Shown here: piece by piece, positions 9,444-18,594 of the stretch
How positions within the stretch are numbered: position 1 is the stretch's first letter
Layout of the letters: every line of letters begins with the position of its first letter
NCBI GenBank assembly: GCA_965219535.1
Contig: CBDCNV010000001.1
Span: 1,980,001 to 2,012,000, forward strand
DNA length: 32,000 bases
Direction: 5' to 3'
Source: Opitutales bacterium
Lineage (GTDB): Bacteria > Verrucomicrobiota > Verrucomicrobiia > Opitutales > PNEW01
Notes under the pieces: model-generated
What the model saw: the letters and a program-made list of their open reading frames with translations, nothing else
Databases searched by the model: none
Told to the model about the DNA's origin: nothing
Program-made: the position numbers and the translations under genes

Positions 9444-10424
9444 TCAGTCTTCTTTAAAACGACTGATAAGGAATCCGCCGATGAGAATTTGAAGTGGGTG
9501 ATAACACATCAAGGGAAGCAGAACGAGGCCAAGTTCAGGCGCGTTTACTGAATTATTGACCGCGGTAAATATAGAAGTCGCCATAGGTACTCCCGCGGCA
9601 AGTGTTTTTTGTGAAGCACAGAAGAATGCAGTAATACCTACCGAATGATTGAATTTGACTAATTTAATTCCACCAAAGGCCAAACCCTTAGCGATCATCA
9701 ATAAGATAGCTGAGATGATCAGAGAACTGATAACAATAGACAAACCCTGCTCTTTCCAGACACCGCTTTTTATCGAGCCACAGAAAGCTACATAAAGCAT
9801 ATAAAAGATCATGCTCATATTAAACCGCCCGATCCCTTTCTTGTGTGATTGTGCAAGGTCTTTTAAAAACGGCCGCAAAGTTTGCCCTACGATCATCGGC
9901 AAGAGAATGAGAATAGCGATTTTGGCAAGAAGTGGTCCTAGAGGTATGGACTGTCCAGTGGCACTTGATAAGAGCCAGGCTGACCAGGAAGGGACAATGA
10001 ATACACCCAATATATTAGAGAGAGACGTATTAAATATAGCTCCACCTACATTACCTCCTGCAAGACTTGAAAATAATACCGCGGTTGAGATAGTCGTCGG
10101 TAAAATAGAGAGAAATAAGATTCCTATACGCAATTCTGGTTCAATATATTCAGCAAAAAGATTAACGAGTAAAAATGCCAGAAGCGGGATAACAATAAAA
10201 TTAAATATTTGGACAAAGAGATGAAGTTTCCATTCCAGTATGTCATTTTTTAATTTTTCAGTGGGCAATAAAACACCCTGAAAGAAAAAAATGGCCAACA
10301 CGCCAAGTTTAGTTGTGATTTCACTTTTTAAAATTCCTCCATGTGCCCCTATATCAGGAAAGATCCAAGCAGCACCTATGGACACAATTAATCCTAATAA
10401 AAATCCGTTTATTGGTAATTTCAT
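9444..10424 (-). CDS. Bile acid:sodium symporter (BASS/SBF-like, YfeH-type) family transporter
   Basis: 326 aa polytopic membrane protein of about 9-10 TM segments. The overall pattern (e.g. CGSIKSG, FCASQKTLA.GVPM) is as I recall for the SBF-like family. The substrate is unknown. Confidence 0.65.
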   Translation of the reverse strand: MKLPINGFLLGLIVSIGAAWIFPDIGAHGGILKSEITTKLGVLAIFFFQGVLLPTEKLKNDILEWKLHLFVQIFNFIVIPLLAFLLVNLFAEYIEPELRIGILFLSILPTTISTAVLFSSLAGGNVGGAIFNTSLSNILGVFIVPSWSAWLLSSATGQSIPLGPLLAKIAILILLPMIVGQTLRPFLKDLAQSHKKGIGRFNMSMIFYMLYVAFCGSIKSGVWKEQGLSIVISSLIISAILLMIAKGLAFGGIKLVKFNHSVGITAFFCASQKTLAAGVPMATSIFTAVNNSVNAPELGLVLLPLMCYHPLQILIGGFLISRFKED

Positions 10425-10537
10425 ATTAAATTGATATCTCCTCTATAATCATAATCGGATATTAATAGAATTAATTTTTAATGCGCGCTAAAATGCTCGT
10501 GGATCTTCTCCCTGTTAAATTTCAATACCCTAAGTAA

Positions 10538-12109
10538 TTACTCTGTTTTTCTTCGCTTAAATACACTGATAATAAAAGTCCACAATTCTTTTAACTCATC
10601 GAATCGAAAGACCCAGAGTAAACTGAAGTAAAATATTATAGCAGTCGGTATAATTATAAATACTGCAATTATCGCGGCCAGTTTCGTGTCTGATATCGAG
10701 CTGTGCACTCTGCTCCAGAAAAAAGCAGTTATGCAACTCATTGTGAAACTGGCGATTATTATTTTTATAACAGGTAATGCTATACTACCAAAATTCAAAG
10801 TAGGTATCTTTTTTCCTAGCATCCAATAGAGAACAAAAGTATGAACAACTGATGCTAAAACATTGGCAATGGCTAAGCCAATTACACCTAGTGGGCCCAT
10901 AAGAATTAAACTGAAAAATATATTGACGATAAAATTCAAAATCGCCAATCGATAAGGAGTCCGCGTGTCTTTCAACGCATAAAATCCTCGTGTCGTAAAA
11001 CCACCGATTGCGTAAAACGGAAGTGCCAGCGCCAAGGTAAAAACGACTGGCATTGTTTGCATTACATCATTTGACTCGAACACACCCCACACAAAAAGAA
11101 GATTCAGAATAGGTTCACGCAGAATAATTAATCCCATCGCGGCTGGAATAGTAACAGCGGTTATCATCCTTACTCCCTGATTAAATACACCGGTAAAACC
11201 GGGTAAATCGTTACGCGCGACAAACTGCGATAGTGACGGAAAAAGTACCGTTGTTACGGCAATAGCAAATACCCCTAAGGGAAGTTCAAGTAAACGATTG
11301 GCCAGGTAGAGTATTGAAACGGCTGCATCGTCTAACCAGAAGGCAAGAAAACGCGTCACGACGATATTAATTTGATAGATTGCAGCTCCTGCGAGTCCAG
11401 GTAGATAGAGGGAAACGAGCTCATTCATTCTTGCCGTTCTTTTAAGATCAAATGCCGGATGCCACCCCTTGTGATTGAGTGAAACTGCGGGTAAAATCAG
11501 CTGGAAAATACCACCGATAATGACCCCACCACATAAATAAGCTACTCTCTCGATCGAAGATTCCGCTAAATAAAATCCAAACCCACCGAGGGATACAATC
11601 ATCGATAGATTGAGCCAAACAGGTGATAAAGCTGCCAGCGTGAATCGCTTTAATATACTTAAGCCAGCATGGATAATAGCTGCCAAACAGATCAATACGA
11701 GGTAGGGTAACAATACGATACCTAATTCAACTCCCAAGTACCATCGATCATTAAGTCCAGGAACGAAATCAATGGCGACGAGGGTCAGCCCGAGCGTTGC
11801 CACGACGATTAACAGGATCAACAGAACACGCGTAAGCACTTGATTGATAAATAGAAATGCACCTTTTTCCCCGTTTTCTTCCAATTCCTCTGTGAGTGTC
11901 GGAACAAGAGCTGCATTTAGGGCACCCTCACCCAATAGTCGCCGGAATAAATTAGGTAATGTAAACGCAAGGATAAATGCTGAATTTAAAGCCGACGTAC
12001 CAAAAGCCGCAAAAATTAATATATCTCGCAACAGGCCCAAGATCCTCGAGCCAATAGTTGAAATTACTACGAGAAAAATATTTAGAAAATTTTTAGGCAT
12101 GGATAACAA
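10538..12109 (-). CDS. murJ: Lipid II flippase MurJ (MviN)
   Basis: 523 aa and about 14 TM segments. The N-terminus (SRILGLLRDILIFAAFGTSALNSAFILAFTLPNLFRRLLGEGALNAALVP) is the canonical MurJ/MviN signature. Confidence 0.9.
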   Translation of the reverse strand: MLSMPKNFLNIFLVVISTIGSRILGLLRDILIFAAFGTSALNSAFILAFTLPNLFRRLLGEGALNAALVPTLTEELEENGEKGAFLFINQVLTRVLLILLIVVATLGLTLVAIDFVPGLNDRWYLGVELGIVLLPYLVLICLAAIIHAGLSILKRFTLAALSPVWLNLSMIVSLGGFGFYLAESSIERVAYLCGGVIIGGIFQLILPAVSLNHKGWHPAFDLKRTARMNELVSLYLPGLAGAAIYQINIVVTRFLAFWLDDAAVSILYLANRLLELPLGVFAIAVTTVLFPSLSQFVARNDLPGFTGVFNQGVRMITAVTIPAAMGLIILREPILNLLFVWGVFESNDVMQTMPVVFTLALALPFYAIGGFTTRGFYALKDTRTPYRLAILNFIVNIFFSLILMGPLGVIGLAIANVLASVVHTFVLYWMLGKKIPTLNFGSIALPVIKIIIASFTMSCITAFFWSRVHSSISDTKLAAIIAVFIIIPTAIIFYFSLLWVFRFDELKELWTFIISVFKRRKTE

Positions 12110-12348
12110 CGGTAAAGATGATCCGAAGTAATGTTAAAGTCTGATGAAAGAAAAAAGAGCTGATACTCACAATTCAAATATTTCCACTCTCATCAATATA
12201 AAGAAAACAGCTAAGTTAAAAATCCAGGTAAATACCGGCGCATCGACCAGCAACCCAGATTATGAGTAGACGAACCGTTATGTAATCTATTAACTGGGAT
12301 TCTCTCAATCCCGAATAGCCCGGTTATTGGTTAGTATTCAGGGCTCGA

Positions 12349-12690
12349 TTAACGGCGCCGGCGCTTTTTAAAAACAATCTCAACAGCCTTGTCTAATCGT
12401 GAAAACATAAATACACGTTGAATTGAGGAACTTGAAATGTGTATTTTCATGGATTTACCAGCTGCTTGAACCTGTTTTACAGTATTGAGAATCATATTCA
12501 GGCCCATGGAATCAATAATTCGGGCTGAATTCAGGTCCAGCTTTAGTTCATCCCAGTTAGCTGGATTATGTTTTTTAATTATACGGTTGATATTATCACT
12601 AAACTCTTCGGCGTTTGTGCTTAGGACATCTCCTTTTAGGGTAATCGTCAGATTATGCTTTGATCGATTTAAAACACCTTTGATCATCAA
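12349..12690 (-). CDS. STAS-domain protein (anti-sigma-factor antagonist / SpoIIAA-RsbV-SypA-like)
   Basis: 113 aa. It contains the conserved phosphorylatable-serine context IIDSMGLNMIL (DSxG motif). It lies immediately downstream (2-nt gap) of the PP2C/kinase fusion gene. Confidence 0.8.
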   Translation of the reverse strand: MMIKGVLNRSKHNLTITLKGDVLSTNAEEFSDNINRIIKKHNPANWDELKLDLNSARIIDSMGLNMILNTVKQVQAAGKSMKIHISSSSIQRVFMFSRLDKAVEIVFKKRRRR

Positions 12691-12692
12691 TC

Positions 12693-14297
12693 TTAATTAT
12701 TCATAGCCAGTTCAAAAATGAGACTGGTTCCGTCGTTTTCTATGGAACATTTATCACACAAATTATCAATGATCGCCAAGCCAAGATGAGAACCATCAAG
12801 CGCTTTCATCTTTTCCACTCTTTCAGTAATATCAAAGCCGTGACCATGTCCTGGATCATCGATCCTTACCCGTATACGCCCTAGTTTTTGATTGACTGTA
12901 ACTTGAATAGTACACGTCTTCTCCGGCGACTTATCACAACCATAAACTAAGGCGTTTAAGACTGCTTCTCGACAACAGAGTAATACATCGTAGATTTTAT
13001 CCCCCAATTCTTCTGACAGTGAAAACTGTAAACTGCGGCGCCAAATCCCTTGAAGCCGATCTATGTCTTTGAATTCATCACCAGAATATTGTTCAAAGAT
13101 AAGCGGTTGATATAAGTTTTCGAGTTCTGATTCCTGATCTATTTGGTAATGCATAACTAAGATATCATCGGGAGGTTGAGTGACAATTCTATTACAGACT
13201 TCGTCACTCGAGGACAAAAGTCTATAGATAAGACTAAATGGATCAATCCTTAAATAATCTGCGTAATCGGTGAGCCCATCAGTGCATATGTAGAATCCAG
13301 CTAAATCATCCAATGATAATGACTCTATTCCAAACGCTTCTACGGGGAACCAGCCGAGGGGCGAATAATTCCTCATCGTCCTTCGGCAACTTCCATCGCG
13401 ATAACATATCCAGGGAGGTGGAAAGCCACAATTAATCATATGCACTTTGCGCGATTTATTTTCAACTACTGCGGCACAAATCGCCAATGATGACTGAATC
13501 CGAAAATCACCACTATCAGATTCATCAACATCGGGGATCCATTCCTTCCCAAGAATGCGATTGAATAACTGAAGCACATCCTGCAGTGAAGTATTATGCT
13601 CAAGTAATCCGCGCATCATGCCTTGAAAATACGCGGAGACAAAGGCCGCCCTCACGTCGTGCCCGGAGACGTCTCCCACAAGAAAAAGATATCTCTCATG
13701 ACCAATCGGTAATACATTAATGAAGTCCCCACCTACCTTATAGAGGGGTCGATAGTAATATTTAAAATACGGTAAAATTTCCGGAGCACGAACGGCCTGA
13801 AATATCTGATCCATTCTCCCAACCGCCCCAACCTCCTGATCCGTAGCCAAAAGCTGGCGATTGCGTATCGTTCTCTCCACTCCCCGTGATATTGCGCCCC
13901 CTAAAGCCTGTCGGGACACTGGTTTTTCAAGGTAATCACTGGCGCCACTACGTAGTGAATCACGAACAAGATTTTTTTCTCCCTCCGCTGTGACAATGAT
14001 CGTAGAAAGACTGCTATCTTCCCCCATTACCCAATCCAGTAAATCAAGCCCAGATTTAACCGGCATGCGAAAATCAGTTAAAACGCAGTCAATATGAAGA
14101 ATTCCTTTCTTCAAGATCATCGCTTGCGCCTCGTCTACACACGTGACAGAGAGAACGTGGTAATCCATTTTCCTCAGACTCATGCTGAAATATTTGAGTC
14201 CCGAAATATCATCGTCGACTACCAATATTGTTGGCTTGTTGTTCTGAGGGTAAGTCATAATTGGACGATTATATTTAGAAGAATAAAATATATTCAA
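12693..14297 (-). CDS. Response-regulator receiver + PP2C (SpoIIE-type) phosphatase + RsbW-like HATPase serine-kinase fusion protein
   Basis: REC domain: ILVVDDD, acceptor Asp in VLTDFRMP, and YLEKP. PP2C/SpoIIE domain: GGDF, LVGDVSGHDV and CTDGLTD. C-terminal GHKL ATPase-like domain: N-box EAVLNALVYG, G1 DDPGHGHGF and G2 HLGLAII. The true start may be the internal Met at 14258 (MTYPQNNKPTILVVDDD). Confidence 0.8.
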   Translation of the reverse strand: MNIFYSSKYNRPIMTYPQNNKPTILVVDDDISGLKYFSMSLRKMDYHVLSVTCVDEAQAMILKKGILHIDCVLTDFRMPVKSGLDLLDWVMGEDSSLSTIIVTAEGEKNLVRDSLRSGASDYLEKPVSRQALGGAISRGVERTIRNRQLLATDQEVGAVGRMDQIFQAVRAPEILPYFKYYYRPLYKVGGDFINVLPIGHERYLFLVGDVSGHDVRAAFVSAYFQGMMRGLLEHNTSLQDVLQLFNRILGKEWIPDVDESDSGDFRIQSSLAICAAVVENKSRKVHMINCGFPPPWICYRDGSCRRTMRNYSPLGWFPVEAFGIESLSLDDLAGFYICTDGLTDYADYLRIDPFSLIYRLLSSSDEVCNRIVTQPPDDILVMHYQIDQESELENLYQPLIFEQYSGDEFKDIDRLQGIWRRSLQFSLSEELGDKIYDVLLCCREAVLNALVYGCDKSPEKTCTIQVTVNQKLGRIRVRIDDPGHGHGFDITERVEKMKALDGSHLGLAIIDNLCDKCSIENDGTSLIFELAMNN

Positions 14298-14517
14298 GAT
14301 CTCAGCAAATCAGGTAAAGATCTGTTATAGTGAAAATAGCATAGTTTATTTAATATTTTAATCCAGTAATCTATATATAAATCATTTTACATAACTTTTA
14401 AAAAATAATTCCCCATTTTTATAATATTCAGGGAAATGGACATAGATGTTCATTAACCAGGCGGGTGTTCTATTTCGATTGCCCTGTGAGCCATATTTAA
14501 CAATTTATAATATTTTA

Positions 14518-15129
14518 ATGAATAAGCGCTTAAATTCACTTGTAGAAACTTTCCCCACCCTGGATTCCTGCCGGAATGAGATAGAGCAGGTTTTTGATAT
14601 ACTGCAGAAAGTTTACACCAACGAGGGAAAATTACTCCTATGTGGAAATGGTGGCAGTGCTGCTGATAGTGATCATATCGCAGGTGAACTTCTCAAGGGT
14701 TTCACACGTCCACGCCCCCTTGATGATGCCTGGAAAAAAAAATTAGGGCCAGATCTTTCAGATAAGCTACAGGGAGCTTTACCGGCCATTCCTCTAACCG
14801 GTTTTAATTCTTTTCACAGTGCGTTTAACAATGACTGTGATCCCTACTACAGTTTTGCCCAACTAACATGGGCACTGGGCAGAGCTGGAGATTCACTCCT
14901 CGGTATCAGCACTTCAGGTAATTCTAAAAATGTAATCTATGCGACAATCGTTGCTCGCGCTAAAGGACTAAAGACGATTGGATTAACCGGGCAAAGTGGT
15001 GGCCAACTTTTGGACAATGTAGATGTATGTATCCGCGCTCCTGCAACGGAGGTTGAGAAGGTGCAAGAATTCCATCTGCCTATTTATCACTGTTTGTGCC
15101 TCATGCTGGAAGATGCCTTTTTCGCATAA
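14518..15129 (+). CDS. gmhA: SIS-domain phosphoheptose isomerase (GmhA/DiaA family)
   Basis: Contains LLLCGNGGSAADSDHIAGEL and ISTSGNS, which are SIS motifs typical of GmhA. The start is set at the ATG at 14518 (MNKRLNSLVE...). The upstream extension from 14446 is non-conserved-looking sequence. Confidence 0.75.
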   Translation: MNKRLNSLVETFPTLDSCRNEIEQVFDILQKVYTNEGKLLLCGNGGSAADSDHIAGELLKGFTRPRPLDDAWKKKLGPDLSDKLQGALPAIPLTGFNSFHSAFNNDCDPYYSFAQLTWALGRAGDSLLGISTSGNSKNVIYATIVARAKGLKTIGLTGQSGGQLLDNVDVCIRAPATEVEKVQEFHLPIYHCLCLMLEDAFFA

Positions 15130-15145
15130 AGTAAAAAGATGACCA

Positions 15146-16552
15146 GTGAAGCTACAAAAAAATCCTATTTTATCCCTCCCGAAGGATCTATACAAACACT
15201 GTCAAAGCGTTTTTGAATTAGTAGCTAATGCTTCGGGACATGCCTTCCTTGTTGGAGGTTGTGTGCGTGATGCCCTTTTAGGGCTCCCGAGCAAGGATAT
15301 TGATATAGAAGTTTTCGGTTTAGATGAAGAAACCTTAAAAAATCTTCTTCAAGAGAATTACACACTCATAGAGGTTGGGAAATCTTTCGGTGTATTTAAA
15401 ATACTCGGGGGGAATATCGATATATCCCTTCCCCGACTGGAATCGAAAACAGGTCCCGGTCATAGAGGTTTTACGGTTTATGGCGACCCTCATCTCAAGC
15501 CGGAAATAGCTGCATTGCGACGTGATTTCACAATGAATTCAATTCTATGGGATTTTAAATCAGGAGAATTAATTGATCCCTACCGGGGTCGTGAAGATTT
15601 AAAAAAAAATATCCTTCGCCATACCGGCCCTCAATTTCCTGAAGATCCTCTCCGTGTTCTGCGAGCGATGCAATTTGCCGCTCGGTTCAATTTAGAGGTA
15701 GCTCCTGAAACAATTGAGCTTTGTAAAAATATTTCTCCTGAAACCCTATCCCAAGAACGTATCTTTGAAGAATGGAAAAAGCTAATTACGAAAGGTGTAA
15801 CTCCTTCATTGGGATTACAATTTCTCCGAAATTGCGGATGGGTTCAATATTATCCTGAACTCTTTGCGATGATAGGTTGCAAGCAAGATACCACCTGGCA
15901 TCCGGAAGGTGATGTCTGGACGCATACTTTGCACTGTATGGACGCCTTTGCGCGGGAGCGTCTCGATGACTCTGAGGAAGATCTTATCGTCGGGTATGCT
16001 GTTTTATGCCATGATATGGGTAAACCCGCTACAACCGTATTAGAAGATGGTCGCATTCGATCCCCTGGACATGAATCGCTGGGAAAATCGCTGACTCGAA
16101 ATTATCTTGCGCGTATGACGAATCAAGAAGAACTGATTGAAGCTATTGTCCCGCTTGTCGGCAATCATTTGCGTCCAGTAGAATTTTTCCAATCGAATGC
16201 AGGGGACTCTGCGATACGTCGCCTCGCACATAAGGTCAAACGCATAGATCGGCTAGTACGAGTGGCTAGTGCCGATGAACAAGGTCGTCCGCCTAGATCA
16301 CATGATTTAGCAGCGGTAAATTGGTTATTGAGCCGTGCCAACGCTTTGAAAGTCAAGAACTCAGCACCCGAACCTTTAATCCTTGGCCGTCATCTTATAG
16401 ACATCGGCCTAAAGCCAGGTAAATACTTTGGAGAAATTCTCAGTCAGTGCTATGACGCTCAACTGGAAGGATCATTTTTTGATCTTGAAGGTGGGAGAAA
16501 ATATGCCGCTCACCTGATTGAGAACAAGGATAAAAAATCGAACGAGAATTAA
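15146..16552 (+). CDS. cca: CCA-adding enzyme / tRNA nucleotidyltransferase with C-terminal HD domain
   Basis: Contains the class II nucleotidyltransferase head (LVGGCVRDALLG.PSKDIDIEV), the RRDFT.N motif and an HD region (LCHDMGKP). The GTG start is as in the ORF track and is uncertain. Confidence 0.85.
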   Translation: MKLQKNPILSLPKDLYKHCQSVFELVANASGHAFLVGGCVRDALLGLPSKDIDIEVFGLDEETLKNLLQENYTLIEVGKSFGVFKILGGNIDISLPRLESKTGPGHRGFTVYGDPHLKPEIAALRRDFTMNSILWDFKSGELIDPYRGREDLKKNILRHTGPQFPEDPLRVLRAMQFAARFNLEVAPETIELCKNISPETLSQERIFEEWKKLITKGVTPSLGLQFLRNCGWVQYYPELFAMIGCKQDTTWHPEGDVWTHTLHCMDAFARERLDDSEEDLIVGYAVLCHDMGKPATTVLEDGRIRSPGHESLGKSLTRNYLARMTNQEELIEAIVPLVGNHLRPVEFFQSNAGDSAIRRLAHKVKRIDRLVRVASADEQGRPPRSHDLAAVNWLLSRANALKVKNSAPEPLILGRHLIDIGLKPGKYFGEILSQCYDAQLEGSFFDLEGGRKYAAHLIENKDKKSNEN

Positions 16553-16582
16553 TATTATATGTATTCAGCTCTAAATGCTGGT

Positions 16583-18265
16583 TCAAGTTGATTTCTCGTT
16601 ATTTTCATCGTCTTCTGAAACAGCAATCTCAACTCCCCCACTGATCACAGAAACCTTTTCCTCATCACTAGATTCTATTGCCGATTCACTCTTTGAGTCT
16701 TTAATTTCCTCTTTTACCAATGACTCAGAATTCAAAGCTTCTTCTGATGCAGTATCAGGTATAATATTAACCTTTTCAATTGAGACAGGATCTGATGCTG
16801 CATCTTCATCCGATGATAAATTATCCGCACTCTCTTTTGTTTTAGCCTCTGTTGCATTACCTGCCATAGACAACGGAGAATCTTTAATCTTGGATCGCGG
16901 CGGAGAGGCATAAAGGCTACCGTCTTCATACTCGACAACATAGCCTTCCGCTATCAGCCAGAACAGATCCTGACGCATGAAATGTAGTTTTTCCTTCATT
17001 TCAGGAGGTAGTTCCTTAGATTCCTCACCCTTACTTTCGTTACTTGAGGGGGATTCAGTGCCCGATTTCATTTTCTTAATTCCGAGAAAAGATTCCTCTA
17101 AATCAGCTGCTTTGGGACGTGACGTTTTCACAATAAAATCAATCAAAGCTTGAACTGAATCAGCAAAATTCTGGCCTTCCATTTGAAATCTACGTTTAAT
17201 TGCACAGATATAGGAAATTCCACGTGACCCTTTTTTATAGACATTAATTTTCAAACGACGCAATCGGCCTCGAAGATGATTCGCGGTTTCAAGTGGAAAT
17301 CGACGTTGAGATTCGAGATGAAATTCAATTGATCGTCGAACCGCGCTATTTGCCGGCATTGATGATAGTAATTTTCCTGATAAGCGCACTGAAGAGACAG
17401 CTCTTACAATCGAACCGATCTTATTCTCGTACAAATATTTTCCCGCGCTCTTTAAGTTATCAAAAGTTGGCGGATCATTTAAATTCTCTGCATCCTTTAA
17501 GCTATAACTTGTCTGGGTGGTCATTTTCTGAAGCCATTCCTCAATAACTTCAGGATCTTTGATCGCTTCAATTTTTGAAACAAAAGACTCAAAAGACATA
17601 TTCGCCAGACGGCTGGTATGGTGTTGTTCAATAAATTCCTGATAGCGGTGATAATTAGGGGGGCCAAGTAATTCTCCGGTGATAGAACATCGGTTGACCA
17701 TTAGAAAATTACCTTTCGGGGGATCAATTGTCTTAGTCTCTATTTTAAAATATTGATCTGTGAAATTATCAATACAATGTTCGAATGCTTTCTGCTCGCT
17801 TTCAAAAGGGCACCCGTCAGCTAAAGCAATATTGAAGCGCCCCGGACTTTCATCTTTCACCGCGACAGGTCGTATCATCGCAACAAAGCGATCGGGTTTT
17901 GCTAGAATAAGACGAGTAATATCAAATAACTCGTAAGTTTTATTAGATGCGCGAATAGCTTTCACCAGAGTCTTGAAAGCCGTATCATCGGGATAAAAAA
18001 TAACATCAGCGATCGGTTTAAATGGTGGCGCGCTTTCGGCGCGCTTTTCGACGCGTTGAGCTAGCCTCGGTCTGCGATCACGGTGAGAACTTGTAGATGA
18101 AACAGAACGCGAGGATTTACCTGCCGTTTTCCTGGTATATTTATCTACTGTCGACGTGTTATCTACATCACTCCACGCCGGCCCCAGCGTTATACCAGCC
18201 AACTCGCTTAAATCCAAAGGCTGATCTTCACTTGGGGTTATACCTTGCTCTGATTTCTCATCCAT
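16583..18265 (-). CDS. Hypothetical protein: basic Ser/Arg-rich N-terminus, unknown central domain, strongly acidic Ser/Glu/Asp-rich C-terminus
   Basis: A long 560-aa ORF with coding-like composition. I recognise no catalytic or nucleotide-binding motifs. Low-complexity tails are visible (KSSRSVSSTSSHRDRRPR near the N-terminus and SDEDAASD...SEDDENNE at the C-terminus). Confidence 0.6.
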   Translation of the reverse strand: MDEKSEQGITPSEDQPLDLSELAGITLGPAWSDVDNTSTVDKYTRKTAGKSSRSVSSTSSHRDRRPRLAQRVEKRAESAPPFKPIADVIFYPDDTAFKTLVKAIRASNKTYELFDITRLILAKPDRFVAMIRPVAVKDESPGRFNIALADGCPFESEQKAFEHCIDNFTDQYFKIETKTIDPPKGNFLMVNRCSITGELLGPPNYHRYQEFIEQHHTSRLANMSFESFVSKIEAIKDPEVIEEWLQKMTTQTSYSLKDAENLNDPPTFDNLKSAGKYLYENKIGSIVRAVSSVRLSGKLLSSMPANSAVRRSIEFHLESQRRFPLETANHLRGRLRRLKINVYKKGSRGISYICAIKRRFQMEGQNFADSVQALIDFIVKTSRPKAADLEESFLGIKKMKSGTESPSSNESKGEESKELPPEMKEKLHFMRQDLFWLIAEGYVVEYEDGSLYASPPRSKIKDSPLSMAGNATEAKTKESADNLSSDEDAASDPVSIEKVNIIPDTASEEALNSESLVKEEIKDSKSESAIESSDEEKVSVISGGVEIAVSEDDENNEKST

Positions 18266-18471
18266 TTTTCAGTGGGGGCTAATGGTAGGATGAATAAAAA
18301 GCATAATATTTCATCAGAGGCAAGCACAGTAAAAGTGCTTTATTTCGCTTCCAGGGGTATTGTTAAACACTTTAATTAACAATTAAGTAAGAGCAACCCA
18401 ATATCAGTTTTTTAAATATTATATTGATTCATTTTTACTCCCTTATATACCACTTAAACCTTGTTTAAATT

Positions 18472-18556
18472 GCTCAGGTGGTGGAATTGGTAGACACGTA
18501 CGCTTGAGGGGCGTATGCCGAAAGGTGTAGGGGTTCGAGTCCCCTCCTGAGCACCA
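18472..18556 (+). tRNA. tRNA-Leu (anticodon GAG), genomically encoded CCA
   Basis: The cloverleaf was folded manually. The acceptor stem is GCTCAGG/CCTGAGC. The anticodon stem TACGC/GCGTA carries the loop TTGAGGG, giving anticodon GAG. There is a long variable arm (TGCCGAAAGGTGTA), a T-arm GGGG-TTCGAGT-CCCC, discriminator A and then CCA. Confidence 0.9.
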
Positions 18557-18594
18557 ATAATTGAATAAACGACCTTTAACTCCACCCTCATACA

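Noticed and set aside
12355-12369. GC-rich perfect palindrome GCGCCGGCGC followed by TTTTT, which looks like a plus-strand terminator
   Set aside because: It lies inside the minus-strand STAS CDS, where it encodes the C-terminal KKRRRR. It has no loop, and no plus-strand gene reads into it.
16575-16913. 112-aa plus-strand Ser-rich ORF overlapping the 3' end of the 560-aa gene. The many other 60-140-aa antisense ORFs in the track (e.g. 6231..6629, 9811..10224, 22385..22762, 24105..24722) fall in the same class.
   Set aside because: All are fully embedded antisense to long ORFs with clear homology or coding character. They have low-complexity or unrecognisable sequence and are treated as frame shadows.
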